DNA of 64,000 bases, from contig JABJMA010000019.1 in assembly GCA_018659605.1 (NCBI GenBank), forward strand, positions 141 through 64,140, in the 5' to 3' direction. The position numbers and the translations under genes were made by a program. The DNA is from Rickettsiales bacterium (lineage in GTDB: Bacteria > Pseudomonadota > Alphaproteobacteria > Rickettsiales > JABIRX01). The notes under the pieces are model-generated. The model was not told the origin of the DNA, ran no database searches, and saw nothing but the letters and a program-made list of their open reading frames with translations. Shown piece by piece: positions 29,892-39,426 of the stretch. Every line of letters begins with the position of its first letter. Position 1 is the first letter of the stretch.

Positions 29892-31726
29892 TATGCTTCA
29901 CCATTAGACATAGCTTCCAATGTTAGCCATCTTAGCTCGAGCTCTTCTAAGTCATGTATTTTATTACTAAGCTTTTCTAATATGGGGGCGATTTTTTCAT
30001 GCTCCTCCTCATAAAAATTCTCAGCGGTGGTGATATCTTCCAGAGTTTTTATTTCAGCTTCAAGTTGGGATATTTTTCCCGGAAGATTCTTTAATTCGAA
30101 TTGCAAATTATAGGATAGTTTTATAGGTGTTTTTTTAGTAGAGTGAGAAGCCTCTTTGGCAACTCTATCTTTCTTAGCTTTTTTCTCTTCTTGTTCTATT
30201 TCTTTAATGGTGGCTAAGTAATCTGAGTAATTACCAATATGTTCATTAATAACACCATTACCTGGGAAGGCTAAAATCTTTGTAACTATTTGATCTAGGA
30301 AATCTCGATCATGACTTACTACAATCAATGTACCTTTGTAACTTATTAATACTGATTCAAGAATTTCTAATGTATCCATATCTAGATCATTAGTTGGTTC
30401 ATCAAGAATCAATAGGCTGCCCGGATTAGCTAAAGTTTTAGCAAGCATTAAGCGGTTTTTCTGGCCACCGGATAAGGTAGATACAGGGTCATTGGCATTT
30501 TTAGGATCAAACATAAAATCTTTTAGATAGCCACAAACATGACGATTTTTATCACCAACTTTAATGTAATCACTACCAGATGGGCACAGGGATTTTCTGA
30601 GGGAGTCAGTTGGATCTAGGCCGCGCCTTGTTTGGTCAAAATAGGCTATTTGTAAATTTTTTCCTATTTTCACACTTCCGCTATCTGGAGTTAATTCTGA
30701 TAATAATACTTTGATAAGGGAGGTTTTTCCTGAGCCATTTTTCCCCAAAAGACCTATTCGGTCTCCTTTCATGATTCGGTAATTAAACTTATCTAAGAGT
30801 ATGTTTTTTTTATACTCATTTTCAAAGCTTTTACATACATTATAAAACTCAGCGACCATATTTGATGAATCAGATTGTTTTAATGGTTTTAGCTCGATTT
30901 TACTAATGGCTTTTCGGTAAGAACTTTTAGCTTTATCAAGAGAATCACGCTCTTCTCTGGTTTGATCTACCCTTCTAACATTTCTTTTCCGTCGTGCTTT
31001 AACCCCACGTCCTGCCCATTCTTCCTCGATAGCTAATGTGCGCTCACGGTTTTCTAGCTCGCGTCTCTCTTGCTCTAAGAGCATCTCTTGCCATTCTTCA
31101 AAATAACTAAAACCTTTTGGGCAAACTTTGATTAATCCGCGATCTAACCAAAAAACTTTATCTGAGACATTACTAAGAAACATTTTATCATGACTAATAC
31201 AAATCAGAGTGCCTTTATAGCGCCCCAAGTAATTCTCTAACCACTCAATTCCAGCTAAATCAAGGTGATTCGTTGGTTCATCTAGTAGTAATATATTCGG
31301 TTCTTCTATCAGAGATCTAGCAAGTGCAGCTCGACGTAATTGTCCGCCTGATAGTTTTGTCATTAGGTCCGTAGAGTTTAACAGTAAAGGTGATGTCACC
31401 ATGTCCACCATATATTCATACTCTTCTGTTTGCTGATCTTCCGGTAGAGCGCTCCAAATAAAATCAAAAATTGTTTCACCTTCTTTAGGAATAACTTCTT
31501 GAGCAAGGTGACTAATAGTTAGGCCTGATGTTTGCCATTTCTCACCTGTATCTAGCTCAAGATCGCCAGCTAATATTTTCATTAAAGTGGTTTTTCCAGC
31601 ACCGTTATTACCAATAAGGCAGATTTTATTACCTTGGTGAATATTAAATGAAAGATTCTCAAATAATATCTTGTTACCAAAAGCAATTGAGGCTTCTTGT
31701 ACTGCTAAGATTAAAGGTGGTGCCAT
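29891..31726 (-). CDS. ABC-F family ATPase (Uup-like, two ABC domains plus a C-terminal coiled coil)
   Basis: Two Walker A sites (GNNGAGKTT, GKNGSGKTS), two LSGGQ signatures, and no TM domain. Confidence 0.9.
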   Translation of the reverse strand: MAPPLILAVQEASIAFGNKILFENLSFNIHQGNKICLIGNNGAGKTTLMKILAGDLELDTGEKWQTSGLTISHLAQEVIPKEGETIFDFIWSALPEDQQTEEYEYMVDMVTSPLLLNSTDLMTKLSGGQLRRAALARSLIEEPNILLLDEPTNHLDLAGIEWLENYLGRYKGTLICISHDKMFLSNVSDKVFWLDRGLIKVCPKGFSYFEEWQEMLLEQERRELENRERTLAIEEEWAGRGVKARRKRNVRRVDQTREERDSLDKAKSSYRKAISKIELKPLKQSDSSNMVAEFYNVCKSFENEYKKNILLDKFNYRIMKGDRIGLLGKNGSGKTSLIKVLLSELTPDSGSVKIGKNLQIAYFDQTRRGLDPTDSLRKSLCPSGSDYIKVGDKNRHVCGYLKDFMFDPKNANDPVSTLSGGQKNRLMLAKTLANPGSLLILDEPTNDLDMDTLEILESVLISYKGTLIVVSHDRDFLDQIVTKILAFPGNGVINEHIGNYSDYLATIKEIEQEEKKAKKDRVAKEASHSTKKTPIKLSYNLQFELKNLPGKISQLEAEIKTLEDITTAENFYEEEHEKIAPILEKLSNKIHDLEELELRWLTLEAMSNGEA

Positions 31727-31848
31727 AATTATTAATATTAAAGCCGGGAAGGTAAAAGATATAGGCTAATTTGCAACTAATCCAGTATTAATCGTAGCGG
31801 TAGCAGTAGGATTTCTACATCCTTATTTGTTTTTAAAATGACAAATAG

Positions 31849-33228
31849 TTAAACAAGCCCTTGATCAATCATAGCATCTGCAACTTTTACGAAGCCAGCA
31901 AGGTTAGCGCCTTTCACATAATCTGTATAACCATCAGTTGTTCCATACTCAACACATGAGGTATGGATTGCTTCCATGATGTTTTTTAACTTAGTGTCGA
32001 TTTCTTCCCTGGGCCAACGATGTCTCACAGAATTTTGTGACATCTCTAATCCAGATACTGCAACGCCACCAGCATTTGATGCTTTACCTGGGGCGTATAA
32101 AATTTTAGCCTCTAAAAACAATTCAACTGCATCAGGAGTAGATGGCATATTTGCGCCTTCGGAAATACATATGCATCCATTTTTCAATAAAACTTCTGCA
32201 TCTTCTGCATGCAATTCATTTTCAGTCGCGCATGGTAGCGCAACATCAACCTTTGCTTGCTGCCAAGGAGTAGCGCCGGCTATAAATTCACAGCCATATT
32301 TATCAGCATATTCTTTAATTCTGCCTCTTCTAACATTTTTGAGATCCATTACAAATGCTAGTTTCTCGCTATCGATTCCATCCAGGTCATAAATAGATCC
32401 GCTTGAATCAGACAGTGTCACAACTTTTCCACCAAACTCAGTAACTTTTTCACATGCATATTGAGCAACATTTCCAGATCCAGAGATCGCAACAGTTTTA
32501 CCCGCAAGAGAATCATCCTTTGTTGCTAACATATTTTGAGCAAAATATACAGTACCATAACCTGTTGCTTCTGGTCTAATTAAAGATCCACCCCAATTGG
32601 CGCCTTTTCCCGTTAATACTCCCGTAAATTCATTCCGAAGTCTTTTATATTGTCCAAATAAATATCCGATTTCTCGTGCCCCTACACCAATATCTCCAGC
32701 TGGAATATCTGTGTTAGGCCCGATATGTCTGTGTAACTCAGTCATGAAAGATTGGCAGAACTTCATTACTTCATGATCTGATTTTCCTTTAGGATCAAAG
32801 TCTGATCCACCTTTACCACCACCCATAGGCAGTGTTGTTAAAGAGTTTTTGAACACTTGTTCAAATGCTAGGAATTTTAAAATTCCTAGATTAACTGAGG
32901 GATGGAACCGTAGCCCTCCCTTGTAAGGTCCGATAGCAGAATTCATGCCAATTCTAAGGCCCCTATTTACATGAATTTCGCCTTTGTCATCTAACCAAGG
33001 AACTCTAAATATTAACACTCTTTCTGCCTCAACCATTCTTTCAAGAATTTTTGCGGTTTTATATCGAGGGTTTTCCTCAATGAATGGTATTACTGCTTCT
33101 GCCACTTCACGAACGGCCTGCAAAAATTCTTTTTCTCCAGGGTTTTTAGCTTCAACTTTTGTTAAAAATGCATCAATCTGCGATTGATAATTCTGAGTTT
33201 CTGTTTTCATTTGAACTGCTGCTTTCAT
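31849..33228 (-). CDS. gdhA: NADP-specific glutamate dehydrogenase
   Basis: Collinear with E. coli GdhA throughout (LPMGGGKGGSDFDPKGKS, GSGNVAQYA). An alternative start is at Met7 (33210). Confidence 0.93.
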   Translation of the reverse strand: MKAAVQMKTETQNYQSQIDAFLTKVEAKNPGEKEFLQAVREVAEAVIPFIEENPRYKTAKILERMVEAERVLIFRVPWLDDKGEIHVNRGLRIGMNSAIGPYKGGLRFHPSVNLGILKFLAFEQVFKNSLTTLPMGGGKGGSDFDPKGKSDHEVMKFCQSFMTELHRHIGPNTDIPAGDIGVGAREIGYLFGQYKRLRNEFTGVLTGKGANWGGSLIRPEATGYGTVYFAQNMLATKDDSLAGKTVAISGSGNVAQYACEKVTEFGGKVVTLSDSSGSIYDLDGIDSEKLAFVMDLKNVRRGRIKEYADKYGCEFIAGATPWQQAKVDVALPCATENELHAEDAEVLLKNGCICISEGANMPSTPDAVELFLEAKILYAPGKASNAGGVAVSGLEMSQNSVRHRWPREEIDTKLKNIMEAIHTSCVEYGTTDGYTDYVKGANLAGFVKVADAMIDQGLV

Positions 33229-33284
33229 AGGTTTGCTTGTTGAATATATATATTCAACAATTTTATTTTAATGCATAATCTATG

Positions 33285-33899
33285 TTAGATGCAAGCACTA
33301 TCGATGCTAAAAATTACACTCTTCATATCCTCACTATCCCAAATAGCTGATATAAAGCAGAAGTAATCAGGCTTGTGATTCTGAAATTGGTTAAGATTAT
33401 GAGGGTAGAGGCCGCCAATGGCGCAAACAGAAATATGTAATTCTTGCTTTGCCCAATTGATTAGATTCATTTGAGGTTTGTAGATTTGCTCTTTAGTTTT
33501 AGATGGGAAGAATGTGCCGAAAGCAATATAGTTTGCTCCATCTTCTTTTGCAGCAAGTGCAAATTCTTTGGAGTCATAACAGCTTCTCCCAATAATGAAA
33601 TCATTTCCATATTTGCTCCTAATTGGACCTATATCACCATCTGATTGACCTAAATGAATTCCATCTGGCTTAATGATGTCAATTAAATCACAGCGATCAT
33701 TGATAATAAATTTAACGTGATATTTCTTACATAAATCCTTAGATATTTTAGCAGTAGATATCCATTCTTGCTCAGTTGCATTCTTTAGTCTAAGTTGAAA
33801 GATATCAATTTTATTAGTCCCAAAAGATAACTCTAGATGCTTAGCATAGCTATCCAAATCTGGAATGCTGGGTTTTGAAATTAGATAAATCTTACTCAA
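33285..33899 (-). CDS. thiE: Thiamine-phosphate synthase
   Basis: ThiE pattern FQLRLK, IINDR, DGIHLGQSD, IIGRS, and CAIGG. Confidence 0.8.
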   Translation of the reverse strand: MSKIYLISKPSIPDLDSYAKHLELSFGTNKIDIFQLRLKNATEQEWISTAKISKDLCKKYHVKFIINDRCDLIDIIKPDGIHLGQSDGDIGPIRSKYGNDFIIGRSCYDSKEFALAAKEDGANYIAFGTFFPSKTKEQIYKPQMNLINWAKQELHISVCAIGGLYPHNLNQFQNHKPDYFCFISAIWDSEDMKSVIFSIDSACI

Positions 33900-33910
33900 A
33901 TTACGAGAAT

Positions 33911-34840
33911 TTAGGATTTGTAAATTTTGATAATTTCATCAAGCATAGCAAGAGCTTCGTCTCTAGGTCTTTGGAAAGTATTCCTACCAATAATTGATCC
34001 ATTACCACCACCATCTCTAATTTGTTTAATCTCGTCATAGAGAGAGTTTACAGACTTACTGGTTCCGCCGGAGAAAATAACGATTCTTTTGCCATTAAAG
34101 CAGGCTTGTTTTACATGAGCAATACGCTCAGATAATGTTTCAATAGGTATATTGTTATCAATATAAACTTTTTTGGCTTCCTCTTGATCGAGAATATTTG
34201 TTGGTGGTTTTACCTTGATAATATGTGCCCCAAGCAATGCCGCCATATGAGCTGCATAAGCAATTGTATCTATTGCTGTCTCACCTTGCTTTGTAAGATT
34301 TCCACCTCTGGCATATGACCATACCACAACTGCTAATCCATATGACTTAGCTTCTTCAGACAATTCTTTGATTTCTTCGGCCATATCAAAAAAAGCATCA
34401 GAGCCGGGATAAACAGTAAAGCCAATAGCGGAGCATCCAAGCCTTATGGCATCAGAAACTGACCCAGTAAGAGCCTGATGAGGCGCCTCCTTCTCGCGGG
34501 CCAAGGAGTTAGAGGAGTTAACTTTTAAAATTAAGGGAATTGCGCCAGCATAACTATTTGCAACGGCTTCTATCATGCCAAGAGGTGCTGCATAGGCATT
34601 TAAACCAGCATCAATTGCTAGTTTAATATGATATTCAGGATCATAGCCATCTGGGTTGGGCGCAAAACTTCTAGCTGGGCCATGTTCGAACCCTTGATCA
34701 ACGGGAAGAATAACCATTTTGCCTGTGCCGCCTAACTTACCAGAAGATAAAATCTGAGCTAGGTTTCTTTTGGTTCCAGCATTATCACTTTCGTAATAAC
34801 TTAATATTTCTCTAACCTTTTTAGTAATTTTCATGTTCAA
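33911..34840 (-). CDS. Class I fructose-bisphosphate aldolase (FbaB/DhnA type)
   Basis: GGTGKMVILPVDQGFEHGP and a later IIKVK Schiff-base Lys region, collinear with E. coli FbaB. Confidence 0.8.
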   Translation of the reverse strand: MNMKITKKVREILSYYESDNAGTKRNLAQILSSGKLGGTGKMVILPVDQGFEHGPARSFAPNPDGYDPEYHIKLAIDAGLNAYAAPLGMIEAVANSYAGAIPLILKVNSSNSLAREKEAPHQALTGSVSDAIRLGCSAIGFTVYPGSDAFFDMAEEIKELSEEAKSYGLAVVVWSYARGGNLTKQGETAIDTIAYAAHMAALLGAHIIKVKPPTNILDQEEAKKVYIDNNIPIETLSERIAHVKQACFNGKRIVIFSGGTSKSVNSLYDEIKQIRDGGGNGSIIGRNTFQRPRDEALAMLDEIIKIYKS

Positions 34841-34853
34841 TCCTTAATAAAAA

Positions 34854-35711
34854 TTATAATTTATAGCGAGACCAAACTGTGATTTCGTTCATAAAATCAT
34901 TGGCCAAGGCTGTAATAGCTGATATTTGTAAATTTGCAGCAAATTTCTTTCGAAAGAAGCCTTTTGACCCTTCAATATTTTTAAAAACAACATTTTCACC
35001 ATAGCGTTTTTTTAAGACTTCTTCATAAAATCCAATATTATCAATCAGACCTAATTTTACAGCCTCTCTACCAGACCAGAATTTGCCATTAAATACTTCG
35101 TCATCCTCAACTGTAATCTTATCTTTACGTCTCGTTTTAACAAAGTCTATAAATGATCCATGAATATCTTTTTGAATGGTATTTATTAACTGCACATCTT
35201 CTGCCTTAGTTTTTGTGAATGGATCTAGAACTGACTTGTTCTTCCCTTGTGAATGAATTCTACGTTCAATTCCTAATTTTTTAATTGCATCCTGAAAGCC
35301 AAAACCACTGGATATAACACCTATACTTCCGATTATAGAGCTGTTTGAAGCGAATATTTCATCACCAGTAAGCGCAAGCCAGTACCCTCCGCTTGCCGCA
35401 ACATCTTCGCAGAAACTCAATATTGGTATTTTTTTTCCTTTATTATCAACAGCAAGAGAAGTAAGTTTTTTTGAGATTAACTCTGATTGCACAGGTGAGC
35501 CGCCAGGTGAATTTATCAGCAAAACTATAGCCTCAATATTAGACATCTTTTTCACCTTATCTGCAAATGCGATGCTTTCTAATGTTAGGCCGCTTGAGAA
35601 GTTACTAACCTTGCCTATAACACCATTTAGCCTAATTATAGCTATGACTGGCTTTTTTTTTAGTTTAAAGATTTTACGCAATTTTGTTGATAAGTTCATA
35701 AGAATTTTCAA
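34854..35711 (-). CDS. sppA: S49 family signal peptide peptidase (SppA 36K type)
   Basis: INSPGGS, ASGGYW and the GSIGV nucleophile region. Confidence 0.8.
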   Translation of the reverse strand: MKILMNLSTKLRKIFKLKKKPVIAIIRLNGVIGKVSNFSSGLTLESIAFADKVKKMSNIEAIVLLINSPGGSPVQSELISKKLTSLAVDNKGKKIPILSFCEDVAASGGYWLALTGDEIFASNSSIIGSIGVISSGFGFQDAIKKLGIERRIHSQGKNKSVLDPFTKTKAEDVQLINTIQKDIHGSFIDFVKTRRKDKITVEDDEVFNGKFWSGREAVKLGLIDNIGFYEEVLKKRYGENVVFKNIEGSKGFFRKKFAANLQISAITALANDFMNEITVWSRYKL

Positions 35712-35950
35712 GAATTTTATAGAGACCCTTCTTATAAAACTAAAGATCTAACTTTCAAGATATATGGAGTTGGAGTGACTTGTGTTGCCATAACTAATTA
35801 CTTATATATACTATTATTCGATGAGGTTACAAGGGTGAGATAACTTGTTACTACGCCATAAATTTTGTAGAGTGGACAGGAAAACCCTATTATTATAAAA
35901 TTATTACTTGAAATATTAGGGCTTTAAGCTAGAAACTCCCTACTTGGTAC

Positions 35951-36035
35951 GCGGATGTGGCGGAATTGGTAGACGCGCTAGATTTAGGTTCTAGTGCCGC
36001 AAGGCGTGGGGGTTCAAGTCCCTTCATCCGCACCA
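35951..36035 (+). tRNA. tRNA-Leu (anticodon TAG)
   Basis: Acceptor GCGGATG/CATCCGC, anticodon stem CTAGA/TCTAG with loop TTTAGGT, a long variable arm, T-arm GGTTCAAGTCC, and an encoded CCA. Confidence 0.9.
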
Positions 36036-36073
36036 AGTTTTTAAATTTAAACACAACATAATTAGCGGATAAT

Positions 36074-37420
36074 ATGCAGTTTGATCAAGTTCAAAAAAAA
36101 GGATTAAAAATTTCATACAAAATTCAGATTGATGGATTAGAGATTGAGGCAAAAAATGAAGATAAGTATGCAGAGCTACAACCCCATGTTAACATAGCTG
36201 GCTTTAGACCAGGTAAAGTACCTATTGAATATATTACTAAAAGATGGGGTGAGAAGGTTGAGCGGGAAACAATTGATGAGTTAGTAAATAACTCTTTGCA
36301 AGAAATTATAAAAACAGATGAGTTAAAACTAGTTGATAGACCTGATGTAAAAACAGATGATTATATAAAGGGTCAGGATTTGGTTTGTAATGTTGAATGC
36401 GAGGTGTTTCCAGCTTTGGATGCTGATGTGATTGATCTGTCAAAAGTTAAATTTGTAACATATGATGTTGCAATTGGCGATAAGGATGTCGTAAAGAAGC
36501 AAGATGAAGTAATAAAAAGAGCTGCTAAAACTATAGATTGTGAAGATAAAGCCTATAAAGCTTCAAAGGGAGATGTAGTTACAATTGATTATTCTGGATC
36601 TATAGATGGTGAGAAGTTTGAGGGTGGAACGGCTAATGACTCTAGTCTGGAGCTGGGCTCTGGCAATATGATCCCAGGGTTTGAGGATAATGTGATAGGG
36701 TTAAAAGTTGGCGACACAAAGAAATTCAAAGTAAAATTTCCTAAAAAATATCATGTTGCTAAATATCAAGATGTTGAGTCAGAGTTTGATGTAACTGTCA
36801 AAAAAATATCCAAATATGAGGCCCCTAAATTAGATGAAGATTTCTATAAGAGTATAGGGTGCAAAGATGCTAAGGATTTCGCGGACAAAACTCAAGAAGC
36901 CCTTGCTTCTGAAGTGAAAAAATCTAACTTTGAACATTTTAAATTGGATGTTTTCAATTATATTGAGGAGAAAATAAAATTTGAATTACCTGAATCTTTA
37001 GTAAATCGTGAAAATGAAGGCTTGGTAGCTAATTATATTAAAGAGCAGGGTTTTAAGGATGAAGATGAAGCAATTCAGAAAGATAAAAAGGGGTTCGAAA
37101 AACAGAAGAAAAAGCTAGCCCAAATTGCAATTCGTAGAGTTAAGGTTGGGATTTTACTGGCTGAGTTAAGTAAGATAAAGGATATTACTGTTCCTGATAG
37201 TGATGTTATAAAAAGCTTTAATGATCAAATTGCTCATTACCCAGAGGAGTATAAGAAGTCATTATATTCTTATTACCAAGAGAATCCTCATGCTTTCGAA
37301 CAGTTACGCGGTCCGTTATTAGAAGATAAGGTTGTTGAGTTTTTAAAGGATACAGCCTTGTTAAAACCGAAAAAGGTTTCTTTAGAGCAATTTGAAAAAA
37401 TATCCCAATCTAGAGATTAA
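36074..37420 (+). CDS. tig: Trigger factor
   Basis: Ribosome-binding N-domain (GFRPGKVP), central FKBP-like domain, and synteny tig-clpP-clpX-lon. Confidence 0.9.
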   Translation: MQFDQVQKKGLKISYKIQIDGLEIEAKNEDKYAELQPHVNIAGFRPGKVPIEYITKRWGEKVERETIDELVNNSLQEIIKTDELKLVDRPDVKTDDYIKGQDLVCNVECEVFPALDADVIDLSKVKFVTYDVAIGDKDVVKKQDEVIKRAAKTIDCEDKAYKASKGDVVTIDYSGSIDGEKFEGGTANDSSLELGSGNMIPGFEDNVIGLKVGDTKKFKVKFPKKYHVAKYQDVESEFDVTVKKISKYEAPKLDEDFYKSIGCKDAKDFADKTQEALASEVKKSNFEHFKLDVFNYIEEKIKFELPESLVNRENEGLVANYIKEQGFKDEDEAIQKDKKGFEKQKKKLAQIAIRRVKVGILLAELSKIKDITVPDSDVIKSFNDQIAHYPEEYKKSLYSYYQENPHAFEQLRGPLLEDKVVEFLKDTALLKPKKVSLEQFEKISQSRD

Positions 37421-37479
37421 TTTATTTACATTCTTAATTTATAACCTAAGGTTTTCTTATCAAACATTCAAAGGTAGCT

Positions 37480-38091
37480 ATGTCAGAAATATTGGACAAC
37501 TTTACTGGTAATTTAGTACCAGTCGTTATTGAACAAACTCCTCGAGGAGAAAGGTCATTTGATATTTACTCTCGTTTACTCAAGGAGCGTATTATATTTG
37601 TTAATGGTCAAGTAGAGGACCATATGGCAACTCTGATAGTTGCTCAACTGTTATTTTTGGAGTCGGAAGATCCTAAGAAGCCAATTTATATGTATATCAA
37701 CTCACCTGGTGGTGTTGTAACAGCTGGCCTCTCAATTTATGATACTATGCAATATATTAAGTGTGATGTGCATACTCTATGTATGGGGCAGGCAGCTTCT
37801 ATGGGTTCACTTCTATTAACTGCGGGAAAAAAGGGTTGTCGCTTTTCATTGCCAAATTCAAGGATAATGATTCATCAGCCTTCTGGTGGCTTTCAAGGTC
37901 AGGCAACGGACATTGAGTTGCATGCTAAAGAAATACTACGTTTAAAAGACGGTCTAAATAAGCTGTATGTAAAACATACAGGTAAGGCTTTACCTATAGT
38001 TCAAAGATCTCTGGAGCGAGATAACTTTATGTCGACACAAGAGGCTAAGGCATTTGGCCTTATTGATGGTATTGTATCTAATCGTAAATAA
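37480..38091 (+). CDS. clpP: ATP-dependent Clp protease proteolytic subunit
   Basis: Near-canonical ClpP ([18 protein letters not shown]). Confidence 0.95.
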   Translation: MSEILDNFTGNLVPVVIEQTPRGERSFDIYSRLLKERIIFVNGQVEDHMATLIVAQLLFLESEDPKKPIYMYINSPGGVVTAGLSIYDTMQYIKCDVHTLCMGQAASMGSLLLTAGKKGCRFSLPNSRIMIHQPSGGFQGQATDIELHAKEILRLKDGLNKLYVKHTGKALPIVQRSLERDNFMSTQEAKAFGLIDGIVSNRK

Positions 38092-38101
38092 TAGGAATTA
38101 A

Positions 38102-39424
38102 ATGACAACTAAAGATAAAAAAGAAAGTACTTTATTCTGCTCATTTTGTGGCAAGAGTCAATTTGAAGTGAAAAAACTAATAGCGGGTCCTAATGCATTT
38201 ATTTGTAATGAGTGCGTAAGCCTATGTCTTGACGTGATAAAAGATGAGGATAAAGGAAGTTTATTCTCTGATGAGACCGGTAAAATAGCTTATCCAGATG
38301 ATATTAGAAAAGTTTTGGATGAATATGTTATTGGTCAGGATTATGCTAAGAAGGTATTATCGGTTGCGGTTTATAATCATTATAAAAGATTGAATCATAG
38401 CAAAACATCTGGAGTTGAGCTTACAAAGTCTAATATTTTACTTATTGGACCTACAGGTTGTGGTAAAACTTTATTAGCCCAAACTCTAGCTCGCATATTA
38501 AATGTTCCATTCGCAATGGCTGATGCAACATCATTAACGGAAGCTGGCTATGTAGGTGAGGATGTAGAAAATATAATCCTAAGATTACTACAATCGGCTG
38601 ACTATAATGTAGAGAAGGCTCAAAGGGGTATTGTATATATTGATGAAATAGATAAAATTGCGCGAAAAGGTAGCAATCCTTCTATCACCAGGGATGTATC
38701 TGGAGAGGGAGTGCAGCAAGCATTATTAAAAATTGTTGAAGGTACGATAGCCAGCGTTCCCCCTCAAGGTGGAAGGAAGCATCCTCAGCAGGAATATTTG
38801 CAAATTGATACAAGTAATATCTTGTTTATTTGTGCAGGTGCATTTGAAGGTGTAGAAAAGATTGTTGCTAGTAAAAATAGAGGCACATCGATAGGTTTTT
38901 CAGCGGATGTGCGTGATATTCAAGATGTTCGTATTAATGATGTGTTGCGTGATATTGAGCCTGAGGATATGGTAACTTATGGTCTAATACCTGAGTTTGT
39001 AGGAAGATTGCCGGTGATAGCGCCATTAGCAAATCTAGAAGTGAATGATTTGGTCAAAATTCTAACAGAGCCTAAGAATGCAATAGTTAAGCAATATACT
39101 CAATTATTTAAGATGGAGAATGTTGATCTAGAAATAGATAAGGGGGCACTAGTGGCTCTAGCAGAGAAGGCTATTGCAAGAAAAAGTGGTGCCAGAGGTT
39201 TAAGAGCCATTATTGAATCATTATTGCTTGATGCAATGTATGAGATACCAGGTCGTGATAATATTAAGCAGGTTATTATTGGTTCAGATGTTATTACTAA
39301 GAACAGCAAGCCTGAATTTATTTTTCATAAACCTGAAAATAAAGAGTCAGCAAGTAGTTTAACAAAGAAATCTGGTAAAGCGGTAAGAAAATCATCAAGC
39401 AAGGGCAAGAAAAAAGTCAGTTAA
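38102..39424 (+). CDS. clpX: ATP-dependent Clp protease ATP-binding subunit ClpX
   Basis: N-terminal zinc finger CSFCGK...CNEC, Walker A GPTGCGKT, and IGF-like loop region. Confidence 0.95.
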   Translation: MTTKDKKESTLFCSFCGKSQFEVKKLIAGPNAFICNECVSLCLDVIKDEDKGSLFSDETGKIAYPDDIRKVLDEYVIGQDYAKKVLSVAVYNHYKRLNHSKTSGVELTKSNILLIGPTGCGKTLLAQTLARILNVPFAMADATSLTEAGYVGEDVENIILRLLQSADYNVEKAQRGIVYIDEIDKIARKGSNPSITRDVSGEGVQQALLKIVEGTIASVPPQGGRKHPQQEYLQIDTSNILFICAGAFEGVEKIVASKNRGTSIGFSADVRDIQDVRINDVLRDIEPEDMVTYGLIPEFVGRLPVIAPLANLEVNDLVKILTEPKNAIVKQYTQLFKMENVDLEIDKGALVALAEKAIARKSGARGLRAIIESLLLDAMYEIPGRDNIKQVIIGSDVITKNSKPEFIFHKPENKESASSLTKKSGKAVRKSSSKGKKKVS

Positions 39425-39426
39425 TT

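Noticed and set aside
31976-32392. 138-aa ORF on the + strand inside gdhA
   Set aside because: It is antisense shadow of a strongly supported gene, has low-complexity Ser/Ala-rich translation, and matches no recognisable family. The same reasoning applies to the shadow ORFs at 32984-33187, 3737-3928, 8699-8965, 10096-10359, 10597-10788, 17704-17895, 23527-23742, 25361-25564, 28138-28431, 29811-30014, 39100-39309, 41436-41693, 50091-50324, 52520-52718, 55120-55509, 56017-56214, 62088-62279 and 62949-63146.
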